A stretch of 64,000 nt of DNA from Antechinus flavipes (taxonomy: Eukaryota): contig NC_067399.1 in the NCBI RefSeq assembly GCF_016432865.1, positions 515,034,001 through 515,098,000 on the forward strand. Direction: 5' to 3'. The position numbers and the translations under genes are program-made. The notes under the pieces were generated by a model that saw only the letters and a list, made by a program, of their open reading frames with translations, was not told where the DNA came from and searched no databases. Shown piece by piece: positions 1-11,808 of the stretch. Each line of letters opens with the position of its first letter. Positions within the stretch are counted from its first letter, which is position 1.

Positions 1-3000
1 TGTGCCCGGTGGCAATGCGAGTGGCTGAAGGCCACAACAAGATGCTGAGCAGCGTGGCTGAGCGGGTCACTGTGCCCAGGAACTTCATCCGTGGGGCCCT
101 GCTAGAGCAGGCTGGGCAGGACATTCAGAATAAACTGGAGTAAGCTTCTTCAGCACTGGGGGCTTGGGGAGAGGACGGGTGGCTGAGTAAGAGAGACAAA
201 CTTGGCCAGCTTGAATAATCAAACTAGAGTACTTAGGAGAGAGGGGACCCTGGACTGTTCTCAACAATGAATAATGAATGAGCAAAATCTCCATTAAAAT
301 AATAAATCATTAACTAATTTTAATGTTCCTACATAGAGCTGAACATATATTCTAATAAAACAGGCCTAGAAATTTGTGTGCCGGGTTTGTTGAGCCAGGG
401 ACCTATTTCTGTCTTGGTGTCTGCAACCACCTTTGTCTGCATGGGATCTGGGGGGAGTGAGGCCCCAAGGGAGGGGGTGTGGGTGGCTGTGCTGATCTCC
501 CCAAGTGTGTCCACAGTGAGGTGAAGCTCTCAGTCGTCACCTACTTGACCAACTCGATTGTGGATGAGATCCTGCAGGAGCTGTACCATTCCCATAAGAG
601 TCTGGTGAGGATCGGTGTCCTGGGAGACACCTCGGCATGCCGACCTAGACTGAAACCTAGCCCTGGCCTGGCCCTGGCCGTGTCCCTCCCCTCACAATGT
701 CCCATTGACTACGGCCCCCTCTTCTCGCTGCCTGGCAGCATTTTCTCCTCAAGGATCTTGGCTAGGGACCAGTTCCTTGAGATTGACATTCAGAAAAGAA
801 TGGGATCTAAGGAGCTTCCCCTGGACAAGGGGGTCAGCCCTCTGCCCCCTATCTTTATCCTTCTCAGGCCCGTCACCTAGCCCAGTTAAGGACCCTCTCA
901 GAGCAGCCAGGTGGAGGAGGCCCAGGGCAAGAGCTGTCCTCCCAAGCCCGGGGCCGAGGCCGGGGCCATGACCATGATGAGAATACAGATGATGAGCTCG
1001 GGACCAACATCGTGAGGCTCCCACAGAACCCTCTGTATCCCTGACGTGGACTTGTCTCTCCCAGCCTCTAAAGCCCCACCAGTTTTGTCTCATTTCATTT
1101 CAGTAGCTGCCCCTCCTTCCCTGGATTCTGCTCTCCATTCCATCCCACCAGTTCTAACTTCATCTCATGTCCTTGTCTTATCCAGCCTTCTACCTAAAGC
1201 CTCCCCTGATTTCCCATCCTTCTGCCCCCTGTTCTTCAGCTCTGTAGGGAGTGGGATAATGGGAGGAGCAATGATGAGGCCACGCTTTTGTTCCTGGGTA
1301 GAGTGGGGGGCTCTGGACGAGGATTCTGAAGGACCTTAGTGCTCTAACCCTGCCCTTCCCCTCAGGATACCATGGCTATCAAAAAACAGAAACGTTGCCG
1401 CAAGATCCGGCCTGTGTCTGCCTTCATCAGTGAGTCACTCTCACCCCTGATTTACTTCCCTTCCCACTTCCATCACCCATCCCCTCTTCTCAATATTACC
1501 TCTTTCCCTGCCTCCTTTTCTTTGAATCTCCTTCTTCTATTATGTCCCAATTTCTTCCTTTCAACCTAACCATCCAACCCGACTCCCTAGCCCCTAGCCT
1601 TTCTAACACAGCTATTCCCACAGGTGGGAGTCCGCAGGACATGGAGGGCCAGCTTGGGGGGCTGGGGGTACCCCCAGGCTGGTTCTCAGCCCTAGGGGGC
1701 AATCAACCCACCCCCAGTGGCTCCTGGGAGGGCCTGTCAGAACTGCCCACCCATGGCTACAAACTGAGGCATCAGACACAAGGACGGCCCAGGCCCCCCA
1801 GGACCACCCCCCCAGGGCCTGGCAGGCCCAGCGTGAGTCCCTGGGGGCCTTTCAGGGGAACATGGCAGTCTTTAGTAACTCAGTAACTCCAGACCTAAGT
1901 GTTCTGGTTTTAAGGCCCCAAATTCCGAAGCCCCCAGCCTCCTTATTTGAGGCCTGTGAATAACCAGAGCAGAAAATCCTAATTGTACCTAACAGAGATA
2001 GAGATGAGTCAGAAAGACCCAAAGATGGAAAACTATTGCAAGCAATTAGTGAGGAAAGCAGCTTCCCTCACTTGAGGCAAAAGGCAACAAGCAACCTGAT
2101 ACAGTAGAAAGAGCAATGGGTTTGGAATCAGGGTTCCCTGACTTCAAATCCTGGCTTAGCTACTTCCTGCTGTGTGATCTCCGGGGTCACGGCTTTAGTG
2201 CTAGTGTCCTAAGTCCCACAGAGGGGGCGGGGGTGGGGGAGCATAGATCAAGCTTCCTGGTGTTTTAGGTGCCCAAGAAAGGACAATGGCCTGAGTCTAA
2301 TCAGGAAGTCCCCTTGTGCGCCGGAAGGCAGGAACTCTGGTTCAAGCTAATATGATGGTCACTTTTCCAGCAGGCACCAGGACCCGGGACTCGACAAGAG
2401 AATGGGACAGCCACTCGGCTGGACGAGGGGCTGGAGGATTTCTTTAGTCGAAGGGTCATGGATGAAAGTTCCAGGTGTGCCACTCATGTGGGAAGGGTTA
2501 AGCTGCCAGACTCACACCCCCAGCCGCTCTGCCCGCTTCCTCAGAGGTGACCCCCGTATTCACCCCATTTAAGGGTCTTCCCACAATCCAAACCCTACCA
2601 TATGTAACCAGGACATTTGGGATTGACTTCTAAAAGTTCTAAAACCTTTCTGTGAATTCCAGCAATTATAGTCTCAAGCAAAACTCATTATGTATACAGA
2701 AATGAAGTATTCGAATTCTCTGCAGCTCCTACACAGAAGCTCTCAGAAGTTCATTGGCAGGGGCTAGGGCCGAGAAGAAGGAAGGAAACAGATATATGGG
2801 AAAAGGAGTCAGGGAGGGTGAAGCCATTTTAAAAATGTATAGGTTAGAAATAAAAGATCTTTGGAAGTAGAAGTTTTAAGGATTGGTTTTAAAAAAAATG
2901 CTATGGAACCGAGTCTCAGAAAGTCCTCCTTAGGTTCTTGGGGGACCAATTCCATACAATTCCCTCAGAATTATTCCCCATCAGAGCCCACAACTCTGGG

Positions 3001-6000
3001 ATATTTCAGCCCTATTCTCCTCCTCTCCCTACTTTCATTATTTATTCCCTGGAGCCCTATTCACATTCCCTAGAAAACTTTCATAACCTTAAAAGAAAAA
3101 GTCTCTACAAAGATTCCATTTAACAGTGACTGGCCAGACACAGGGAGAATGAGGAAGTCAGTCAGATCCAAAGCTCATGCGTGTGACAGTGAAGCGTACC
3201 AACAGGCACCTAATAATAATTCTAACAACACATTTGCGTGTGTTTGGGTCGGGGGGCACTGGGCTTCTGAGCAGGGCAGTGATATTTGATCACCAGCTAA
3301 GCTGTCATCCAGCCATTATCTTCAGCACTGGTTAGATCGTTAGCAGAGGCCTAGGCCAGCTTCATGGACAAGGCCTAAAAACTTGGAGAAAGTTGAGAAG
3401 AAAATCTTAGAGATTAGAATGGAGGGAAATCAAACCTATGAAGAAGAATCAACTTAAAGATAAGCAAAGATTTCTCTGGGGGTTTCAGTTCTCTAAGAGG
3501 TTATTATCCAGAGACGTTCATCTCTATTAAGTGACTAGAAACAAGAGATCTAAACTACCTAAAAAGAGGTTGATATAAGGAAGAACTTCCCAACAATGAG
3601 GATTTTCAGGGAGACAGAAGCCAGACTTTAAAAAAAAATTGTACCATGTGAATGTTGCATCTGTGAGATAAGGCTCCTGGTGTGTAGATAGTGGAGAGTT
3701 TGGGCATTCAGTCTCCCCACTCATAGCCCGTCCACTCTCTCCAGCTATCCCCGGACCTTGAGAACAGTTCGCCCAGGCCCAGGTCCTGCAGAGGCCCCAC
3801 TGCCCCCACTCCAGAAGAAGAGACGACGAGGCCTGTTTCATTTCCGTCGCCCCCGGAGCTTCAAGGGGGAGCGGGGTCCAGGATCCCCCTCTCCTGGGCT
3901 CCTTCTGCCCCCACCTCCTCCCCCACCCCCAACTGAGGAGAGCCCTCCCACCCCAGATCCCCCAAGCCTTGGCGATAATTCTACCCCCTGCTGGAGTCCC
4001 GAGGAGGAAAGCGGCCCCCTCCCAGGGTTGGGGGGGAGCCGGGGACCCTCCTTCCGAAGAAAGCAGGTAAGATAGAAAGTCCAACCTGCCCCTGCCCCAT
4101 ATGCCCATTTGAGAAGTTAATAATGGAAGAATTCCTGGGGTAAAAGTGGGAAGGGGACAAATGAATAACTCTCTTTAAGGGTAAAAATTAAGGACCCGAT
4201 GCAAGTACTGGCTAAAAGAGGGCTGAGCAAAGGGCAAGTGAGGAGAGAGATCTTGAGTGAGTTCGTGGACAGCTTTTCTAGAGAAAGTTGGAGTTGTTGA
4301 CTCCAGAACTAGTTTTGGCAGCAGGGTCTAACTTCCTCACCCAGAGCTGTGTGTAATGAAGCTGGGGTCTTATTCTAGGGCATGGAGGGAGCAGAGCCAG
4401 GGGAGGGAGTCCCCGTATCTGGAGTGATGCAGTCAACAAGGGTTCATGGAATTGCCCTTCCTGGGATGGGGCGAGCCAAGGGCTGGAGTTTTGATGGAAA
4501 GCAAGAGGTAAGAAAATCTGAGGGGTATAAGGAGCTGGGAGGAAGGAGTCATCCGTTTTCTTCCCCCTACAGAGTCTGAGGGCTCACCCTCAAGCTCTCC
4601 CACTACGTGTTACTACTCCGACTCCCAGCTCTCATTTCAGGGCACAGACACCGACCTAGACACCGGCGTCCAACCTTGGCAGAGACGGCGCTCTTCTGAC
4701 GATGCAGGTGAAAGAACAGTTCCCAGCCCTTCTTCTCCTCTTCCACTCCAACCAGCCTCTTCTGACCCCACCCCCTTCCCCTGCAGGGCCTGGGTCCTGG
4801 AAGCCCCCTCCACCTGCCCAGAGCACCAAGCCGAGTTTCAGCGCCATGCGTCGGGCAGAGGCTACATGGCACATAGGTATGAGCACCTTCCTTAAATCAG
4901 TCAGCACCGCTGGTTGTGCTGGATTGGGGAGTGAATGGAGGACAGATATAGAAGGCAACAAAAAACACGTCTTTAAAGAGTTTGCAGTCCAGTTGGAGAG
5001 ACGAGGCATAAACATATTAAAAAGACTAGATCATATACAAAACACTATATGCACAAAGATATCAAGATCTTTTTTCCCAGGGGAATTTTGTAGAACAGTC
5101 ATTGCTTTATTTTGTAGAACAAACCTGTTGCCCTGTGAGTAACTTAAACTAATAATGCTTTTGGAAATCATATTATGATGCATTCAGTACAACAAGCAAT
5201 CCCATAAAGCAAGTATTTTCTTCCATACTTATCCATGCAATAATCACTCTATGAAGAAAACACCTGATTGGATGATTTTTGTGTTGTAATTGGAGAAAGG
5301 AAAGCCAAAGTCCAGCCTTTGGTCTTCCTGTGAAGAAATGCCCACACACCATTGATCTGTCTTCAGAACATTTCATTAGCCCACTTTCCCCAAACCTCAC
5401 AAGAGCTGAGAGTAGGCACAGTAAGAGAGGTAACATACACTGAGAGAAGGCTGGATCAGGAGTCCACATGTAGTCCTAGGGCCGGCCCTGATCCTCACAG
5501 TGAAACCTTTGGCAGTTGACCACTTCTCTGGTCCTTAGGTTTCTCATCTGAGGAGACAGAAGATATCTCATGAGCTTTCCAGTTCCAAAGTTTAATGATT
5601 CTATGCTGTTTGGGGAAGAAAAGGGCAGGTGGGACATTAGCAATTAGGAAGGTCAGAGAAGAGGGAATGGTGGGTGGCATCTTCTGTCTTTCCCCTTCAA
5701 GGTTCAAAGTGCTTCTTTTTATTATCTATTTAACTAATAACTTCATTGAACATATTTCACCTTCAGCTCTTATGTGTTAGAGTATATGATTGCCAAAAAT
5801 ATATTCATTTTAACAGAATTCCACTCTAAGAAAATGATGCACCTATCCCAGGAAATTTGCTAAATGAGCTTTTTTCCTATAGTATACATTGAGTATTTAT
5901 GTGTATAGAGATATAAATATATATATATCTCCTTATATTGATCCTTTTTTTACTTTACATTCTTAAATCATACATATATTTACTTTGTCTTCCTTCATCA

Positions 6001-8940
6001 TATATGTGAATATGATGAAGGAAGACAAAGTAAAAGAAGGATCAGTCCAACCCAACAAACATTTAAGGGCTTATTATGTGTGAGGCAACAAAGTCTATGA
6101 GACTCCAAAACAATATGGCATATATTTATTAAGTGCTTACTGTGTATAGGATAGTGTGCTAGATATAAGGGAGATACAAAGCTTAGGGAAAATATGGTGC
6201 TTATCCTCAAAGAGCTTACAATCTAGTAAAATGAGCAAATACAAACTAAATAAATACACAATAGTATATGATAGTTACATTAGAATGAGACAAGACTAAA
6301 TGCTATGTGCCATTTGAGGGGAAAAGTCAAAACAATTCCAGGAGATCAGCGAAGGCTTCCTGAAGACAGTGTCAATGGAGGTTAAACCACTGACCACTAC
6401 CAGATATTTGCTTTATATCTATTGCAGCAAAATATTCTCTGGAGTTTCCCATTACACCATTACTACCTCCCATGAACTGTACCACTATCAGGGACACACA
6501 GAGAGGCTAAATACTGGGAGCTGGATGCTCAGAGAATCATATATATAGATTTGGAAACTAGAAATCACCTAGACTAGACCTAAAAAATAATGTACTTTGA
6601 ATCAAAATGTGCTCAAGCCCTATCTCTGACAGAGATTATCAATTCCTCTGCTAGACTGGAGATCCCCTGAAGGCAGAGCTACTCTTAATATAAATTGTGT
6701 TTCCCAGAGCCTAGTACAGTGGACATTGAACATGTTTGTTTTATATTGTATTTCTGTTACTGGGCAAGTGACTTCATCTTATTAAATCTCAATTATGTCA
6801 TTGGTAGAATGAGGATAATAATTTTTGCCTTATCTACCTATGTATAGTAGTTGTAAGAAAAGTGCTTTGGAAGCTATATAAAGCTATAAAAATCGAGTTA
6901 TCATCATCATCATTGTTATTACTATTATTAGCTACTTTTCTTTCTCTCCCACAAACACAAGAGACCAAGATCAGGAGGCCAAACTATTTCTAAATCTGTG
7001 GTAGGGCTGTATTCCCAGCACTCCACCTAGAGTAATAGCCTCTATCCCAGGGCTCGGATCCTTTGAAAGCATTTCCAGTTAAGCATCTAGAATAAAACCC
7101 CTGAACATATTTCTTGAAAGCCCCCGAGTCTGTTTTCCTTCCCTGACCCACATCATCTGTCTTAAGACTGGGAGCCAGCTAAACATAATCTTAGGATGAA
7201 AACACCCTCTGAGAGAGAGCTGGCAGGTCTCTCTAGGAAACTGCCCCCCTCCCCAGCCTGAAGAGGAGGGGATGCAGACAACAACAGGCTGTCTGTCTTC
7301 AAGCTGGCATCTACCACCACCATTACAGCCAGCCTCCAAAGCCACTCTACCACGGAGCATAAAACCACAAAGGGAGGGGAGGAGAAGGGAGGGAGAGGAG
7401 AGCAGTTATAGCCAGCAAGGCTATAAATTCCACAGAAGCAGGAATGAACTAAACTGGTTGGCTCACATGGTTCTAGAACCAGCAGCCTGGTGAGTGCCCT
7501 ATGGAATTAACGTGAGCCACGTACTCTCCAGTCTTGAAAGGGACTTCCAGTTGTTTCTAGATCTGACTCTTCCTTGGCAGTTCTGGGGTCCATGATTCTT
7601 TCCTGGTAGGTTCTGGGATCCCTAGCTCTGTCCTGTTAGGGATCGGGGTTCCTGGCTGGATGCTGGTAGGTTCCAGAGTCTGTGGCTTTAGTGAGAAGGT
7701 GTGCGTGTGGCCAAGCCTCCTCCTTCCCTCTGCATCCCGAGTCGGTGTATTCCACACAACTCTTAAGCAGGATGAAATCCAGGATTGGGGGACTTAGGAG
7801 GCAGGGCAAGTAGCAAGATGATGCTAAGAGGAAACATAAGGAATTGGGGGCTGGGGGCTGGCAAGCTGAACTCCTTAGACCATCTCTGTTTGGAGAGTAA
7901 TGTCTGATAGGAAGGAACAAGTGTGGGCTTTGAGGAAGCAGCAGGAGTAAATGGATGGCTAAGGAGGAGGGAGAACTGACAGATTCTACCGGCTTCCTAT
8001 TCCCCCACACACACCCCAGCTGAGGAAAGTGCCCCCAACAACAGCAGACAGAGTCCCAGCCCAGCTCCTGCTGAAAGAGAGGGACAAGAAGCAGTCTTGC
8101 TCTCCGAGAGGGAGATTCCAACTAGAAGCACCAAGGTAAGAGCAGGGGGACAGGGTTAGAGGGGGACAAAAGCCTGTGGGGAGATCCTGGGCATGAATGG
8201 GGCTAATATGATCTGGTATTTCTATCTTTTCAGGATCTCCTTGTAGCTCCTCGGCCCCCTAAGCCAGTAGCTGGGCCCCGGGGCCGGAGGCCTCCACTGG
8301 AGGCAGGAGGCAGGGAGGAAGCTGAGATTCCAGCTGCCACAAAGCCTCGGCAGAGGCTGGGTTCTCACCGAGACCAAGAGGAACCTGAGACCCAAGGTAA
8401 ATGGGACAATTGAGAGTTTATAAGATAGAATAGGGGATATCTTAAAAATCTGGGGAGCTGACTCCAATTTGGGGGATTCAGAGGGTCCTTTCCATTTGCT
8501 CCAGACACCACAAATCTACAAGCATCTTGTGAAGCAGCTGGATTCTAGCAGGAGACATCAGACCAAATGGGCCTTGAATAGTATAGGGAATGAGCCCAGT
8601 ACCCCTCAGATTTGAACTTTTATTTCAGGACTCCCCACTGTGGGGCGAAGAGCAGCCCCCTTGAAGCCTAAGCGGACTCGAAGAGCACAGTCCTGTGACA
8701 AACTGGAACCTGACCGGAGCAGACCCCCAGACCCTGCAGGCTCAGGGGGAGGGGGTGAGTGGGAGATGTGAATACACCATTACTTCACAAGCCCCTTAGC
8801 CCTCTACCCTGATCTGGTCCTATTCTTCAGCCAGCTGAACTAGCTTCTTCTCCTTCTTGCTATTCCTTCCACCCCAGATAATGACCTTTCCTGTCTGTGG
8901 TTTTTCTCTTGCAGGAACCAGTGAACTTGGAACAGACTGA
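1..8940 (+). CDS. CARMIL3: Capping protein regulator and myosin 1 linker 3 (LRRC16B), 3' part, 594 C-terminal codons; 5' end lies outside the window
   Basis: Exons (all GT-AG, phases consistent): <1-139, 517-604, 868-1011, 1366-1429, 1624-1832, 2371-2474, 3745-4066, 4379-4507, 4641-4707, 4787-4876, 8020-8135, 8234-8396, 8629-8754, 8915-8940 (TGA 8938-8940). Translation matches CARMIL3 as I recall it: EVKLSVVTYLTNSIVDEILQELYHSHKSL, CPI motif KLRHQTQGRPRP (~1761-1796), basic/hydrophobic membrane-binding LQKKRRRGLFHFRRPRSFK, and C-terminal RRAQSCDKLEPD...GTSELGTD*. Confidence 0.95.
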
Positions 8941-9247
8941 TACTACCCTCAGTGAACCTTCTCCCCACCCCACCCCCATACTCCCCCTAGCCATGTGCCT
9001 AACAGAGACTCAGATGCTCCCTTCCCCCCTTCATCTCCTGGTTCCTCCTGCCTGACCCCTTAGGGGCAGGGGAGGAAAGGGGAGAGTTGGGAAGAGATCT
9101 CCTTAGTGGTAAGGAGGATTGTCTCTGTCTCTCCTCCTCTGGTGGTGGGGGGGCAGGAGAATTTTTTTCTCCCTCCTCTTAGGAGGGGTTGGGGGAGTGG
9201 ATCTTTGTCCCTCTACCCCCCAGGGGAATCTCTCTTAAGTTGTACAG

Positions 9248-9253
9248 AATAAA
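9248..9253 (+). terminator. CARMIL3 polyadenylation signal AATAAA
   Basis: First AATAAA, ~310 nt after the stop codon. Confidence 0.7.
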
Positions 9254-11449
9254 GAAACCAAAATGACTAACTGCCTCTGAATCTCTCTACCACCCACTGC
9301 CCCCATTACCCTGCTGTCTTACCCCCTACCCCACAGACACACTCACTCCAGTCCCCAGCAGTTCCCCCAGCTCTGCAGCTGCCCAGGTCTAATCACCCAC
9401 CTCCCTGCTGGGAATAGAAATGGCAAATCAGACAGCCCCTCTCAAATGAGGAGGAAAATTTCTGGTGGGGAGGGAGAGAATGGGAAGGAAATTTGAGATA
9501 ATGGAAAAGAATCAGTATCATTATGTGATACCCCAGCCACAGAGGCAGGAATCATGCAGCATCTATGCCCTCCCCAAAATGGAGGTGGGGTAGAATGGAA
9601 GGAGCAGGACTATTCAATGACAACCAGAACCGTGAAGCATGTGACATATTCAAAGGAAGACAGATGGGCAGAAGCTGTGCCTAATGTATGGTCTTGGGCA
9701 CACAGTTGTGGCATCTTTGTGGGGAAAGGATGCGGGGCGTGACTATGCATGGAAGAGAGGGGCTGGGTAGGAGGAAATTGTGCTTTCATGACCCTCTGTG
9801 TTTGTGCATTTGCCTGGGTGATATGGATCACTCAAGTGGGCCACTCATGCTCTGTATATTATCCATTGGTTGCCATGTTGAAAGCTGACCTATCCTGGGG
9901 CCCTCCACACCATTTAACATTGGAGGAATATATATTTAGAGTTAGATGGGACATTCAGAGTAATCTGCTCCAGGGATTGGCAAACCTATTATCGCACTCC
10001 CAACTGCCACCTGTTTTTGTCCTGAGCTAAGAAGGCGTTTTATATTTTTAAATAAAGTTTTGGGAAGGTGGTAGATTTGGCCAGTAACTGAACCCTCTTA
10101 GTCCAATCTCATCCTTCATTTGATGAGGAAACAGACTTACAGAAATATGAAGACTTCCCCAATGTCTCATAGGGAGTAGATGATCATTAAATTTTAAACC
10201 TCTATCTTATAACACCAAAGCTATGGTTCTTTTCCACTGTGCCACAGAAAAGACAATAATTTGGGGCATAAGTTCTGATGGAGGGTATATATCAGTTTAC
10301 ATTTTGGTTAAATGGTAGGTTAGATTTGATAATCTTTAGGATCCCTTTAGGTTCTAATCCTAGGTTTTTCTGATACTAAATGGTATAGAAGGCCCCGGAA
10401 AGGCTATTTTCTTCTGTATAGTGTGCTGGGCTGTGTGTAACTGAATGAAAGAAAATCATTTATTATGATAACTTCGATATGTCAAACACTGCGCTGTTAT
10501 TGAAAGCTGTTGGGCTTATCTGGCAAAGGCTTGTCCTTTATCAATCAATCAACCCAAACTTATCAAATTCTTTTTTTCCATATGCCAAAGGCTTTCTTTA
10601 TCCTGCATGGAGTATAACAAGTGACTCCATTCACCAAGGGTTTGACTATGTTCTCTTGAGTGTCAGGGTCCATTGATGTTTCCACAGTTTCTTTGAGAAA
10701 TGGAGGTAGTAGTGGACCTCCTAGGACTACAGTCTTCCCCATGTCTGCAATTATATTCTATATAGTCCATTTGGTGGAAGTAAGAGAGAAATGGAAAAAA
10801 ATATCAGATTAGTTCACAGGTTCTCTGATGTTCATTCATTCCCATAGGGTGACCCTGGCCCTTGGTTTTCTGGGTTTCCAGATTGTATCATTATGAGTCC
10901 TTGAGCAATTGTATATGTTAGTTACCCCATATAAAAATGATCAGGGGAACATAATTCATCCATAAAAGTGAACAGATGTGTCATCTGAGGGAAAGCATGT
11001 GATCGATCAAAATTACATGTAGGCCACTGGAATAAAATATGGAAAACAGTTTGTAAACCTTCAAATATTCTATAAATGTCAGTCATTATTACTGTCTTTT
11101 GTGTATGGACAGATTCATAAGAAACATTTTGGAGACATTTCATGTTTTGGAGCATCTCTCCTTTATTATTAATTTAAATGGTCCCATGTGAACATGTGAG
11201 ATTCCTTGTGTAACAATATATCTGTCATCATCTTTTCCCGTGTTTGTCTATATATCACTGTATATATGTACTTTTCCCATAGGTTTAACTATAACTGTCA
11301 TTGTGCTACATTGTGTTTAAGTGAGGGTAACTGTGTATGTCAGGGTATATGTAAGCTTGAGTGCCACTGTGTTTATCTCACTATCATTTTATGTATGTGT
11401 CACTGTGTGTACCCTGCAAATGTCACTGTGATGAGATGTTTAGCTGAGA

Positions 11450-11452
<3 letters not shown>

Positions 11453-11496
<44 letters not shown>
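11453..11496. repeat. (TG)22 microsatellite
   Basis: Perfect dinucleotide run ~180 bp upstream of the putative CPNE6 promoter. Confidence 0.97.
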
Positions 11497-11500
<4 letters not shown>

Positions 11501-11589
11501 TGCAAGGGGGAGTATGCATGTCAACGTACCGATGGGAGCCTGGGTCTCTCATCAACCCCCAGCCCACCCTCCTTCCTAAGTACTGCAGC

Positions 11590-11808
11590 TCCCTGGGCGG
11601 CGGCCCTGCCCCTCCCCTCCCTGTCTGTGCGGGGGGAGTCTGTGATGCGGCCCCCCCCACCCGTCCCCATCCAGGCCCCATAAATAGCAGCAGAGCCAGA
11701 GCTAGAGCTTCAGCCGGCGCCAGCGGCTGGAGCGGCGAGGGAGCTGGCCGAGCTGAGCAGCAAAGCAAGAGAGAAAGGGAGGCCCCCCATTATCCAAGAC
11801 CCCTACAG
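11590..11808 (+). promoter_or_regulatory. CPNE6: Putative CPNE6 promoter and non-coding first exon
   Basis: Locally GC/CpG-rich. GC boxes, TATA-like CATAAATA at 11679-11686 and a strong donor CAG|GTGAGC at 11808/11809 upstream of the ATG exon (acceptor 13869-13870). Confidence 0.65.

Noticed and set aside
3527-4108. 193-aa minus-strand ORF
   Set aside because: Antisense shadow of the GC-rich CARMIL3 exon 3745-4066; no recognisable domain.
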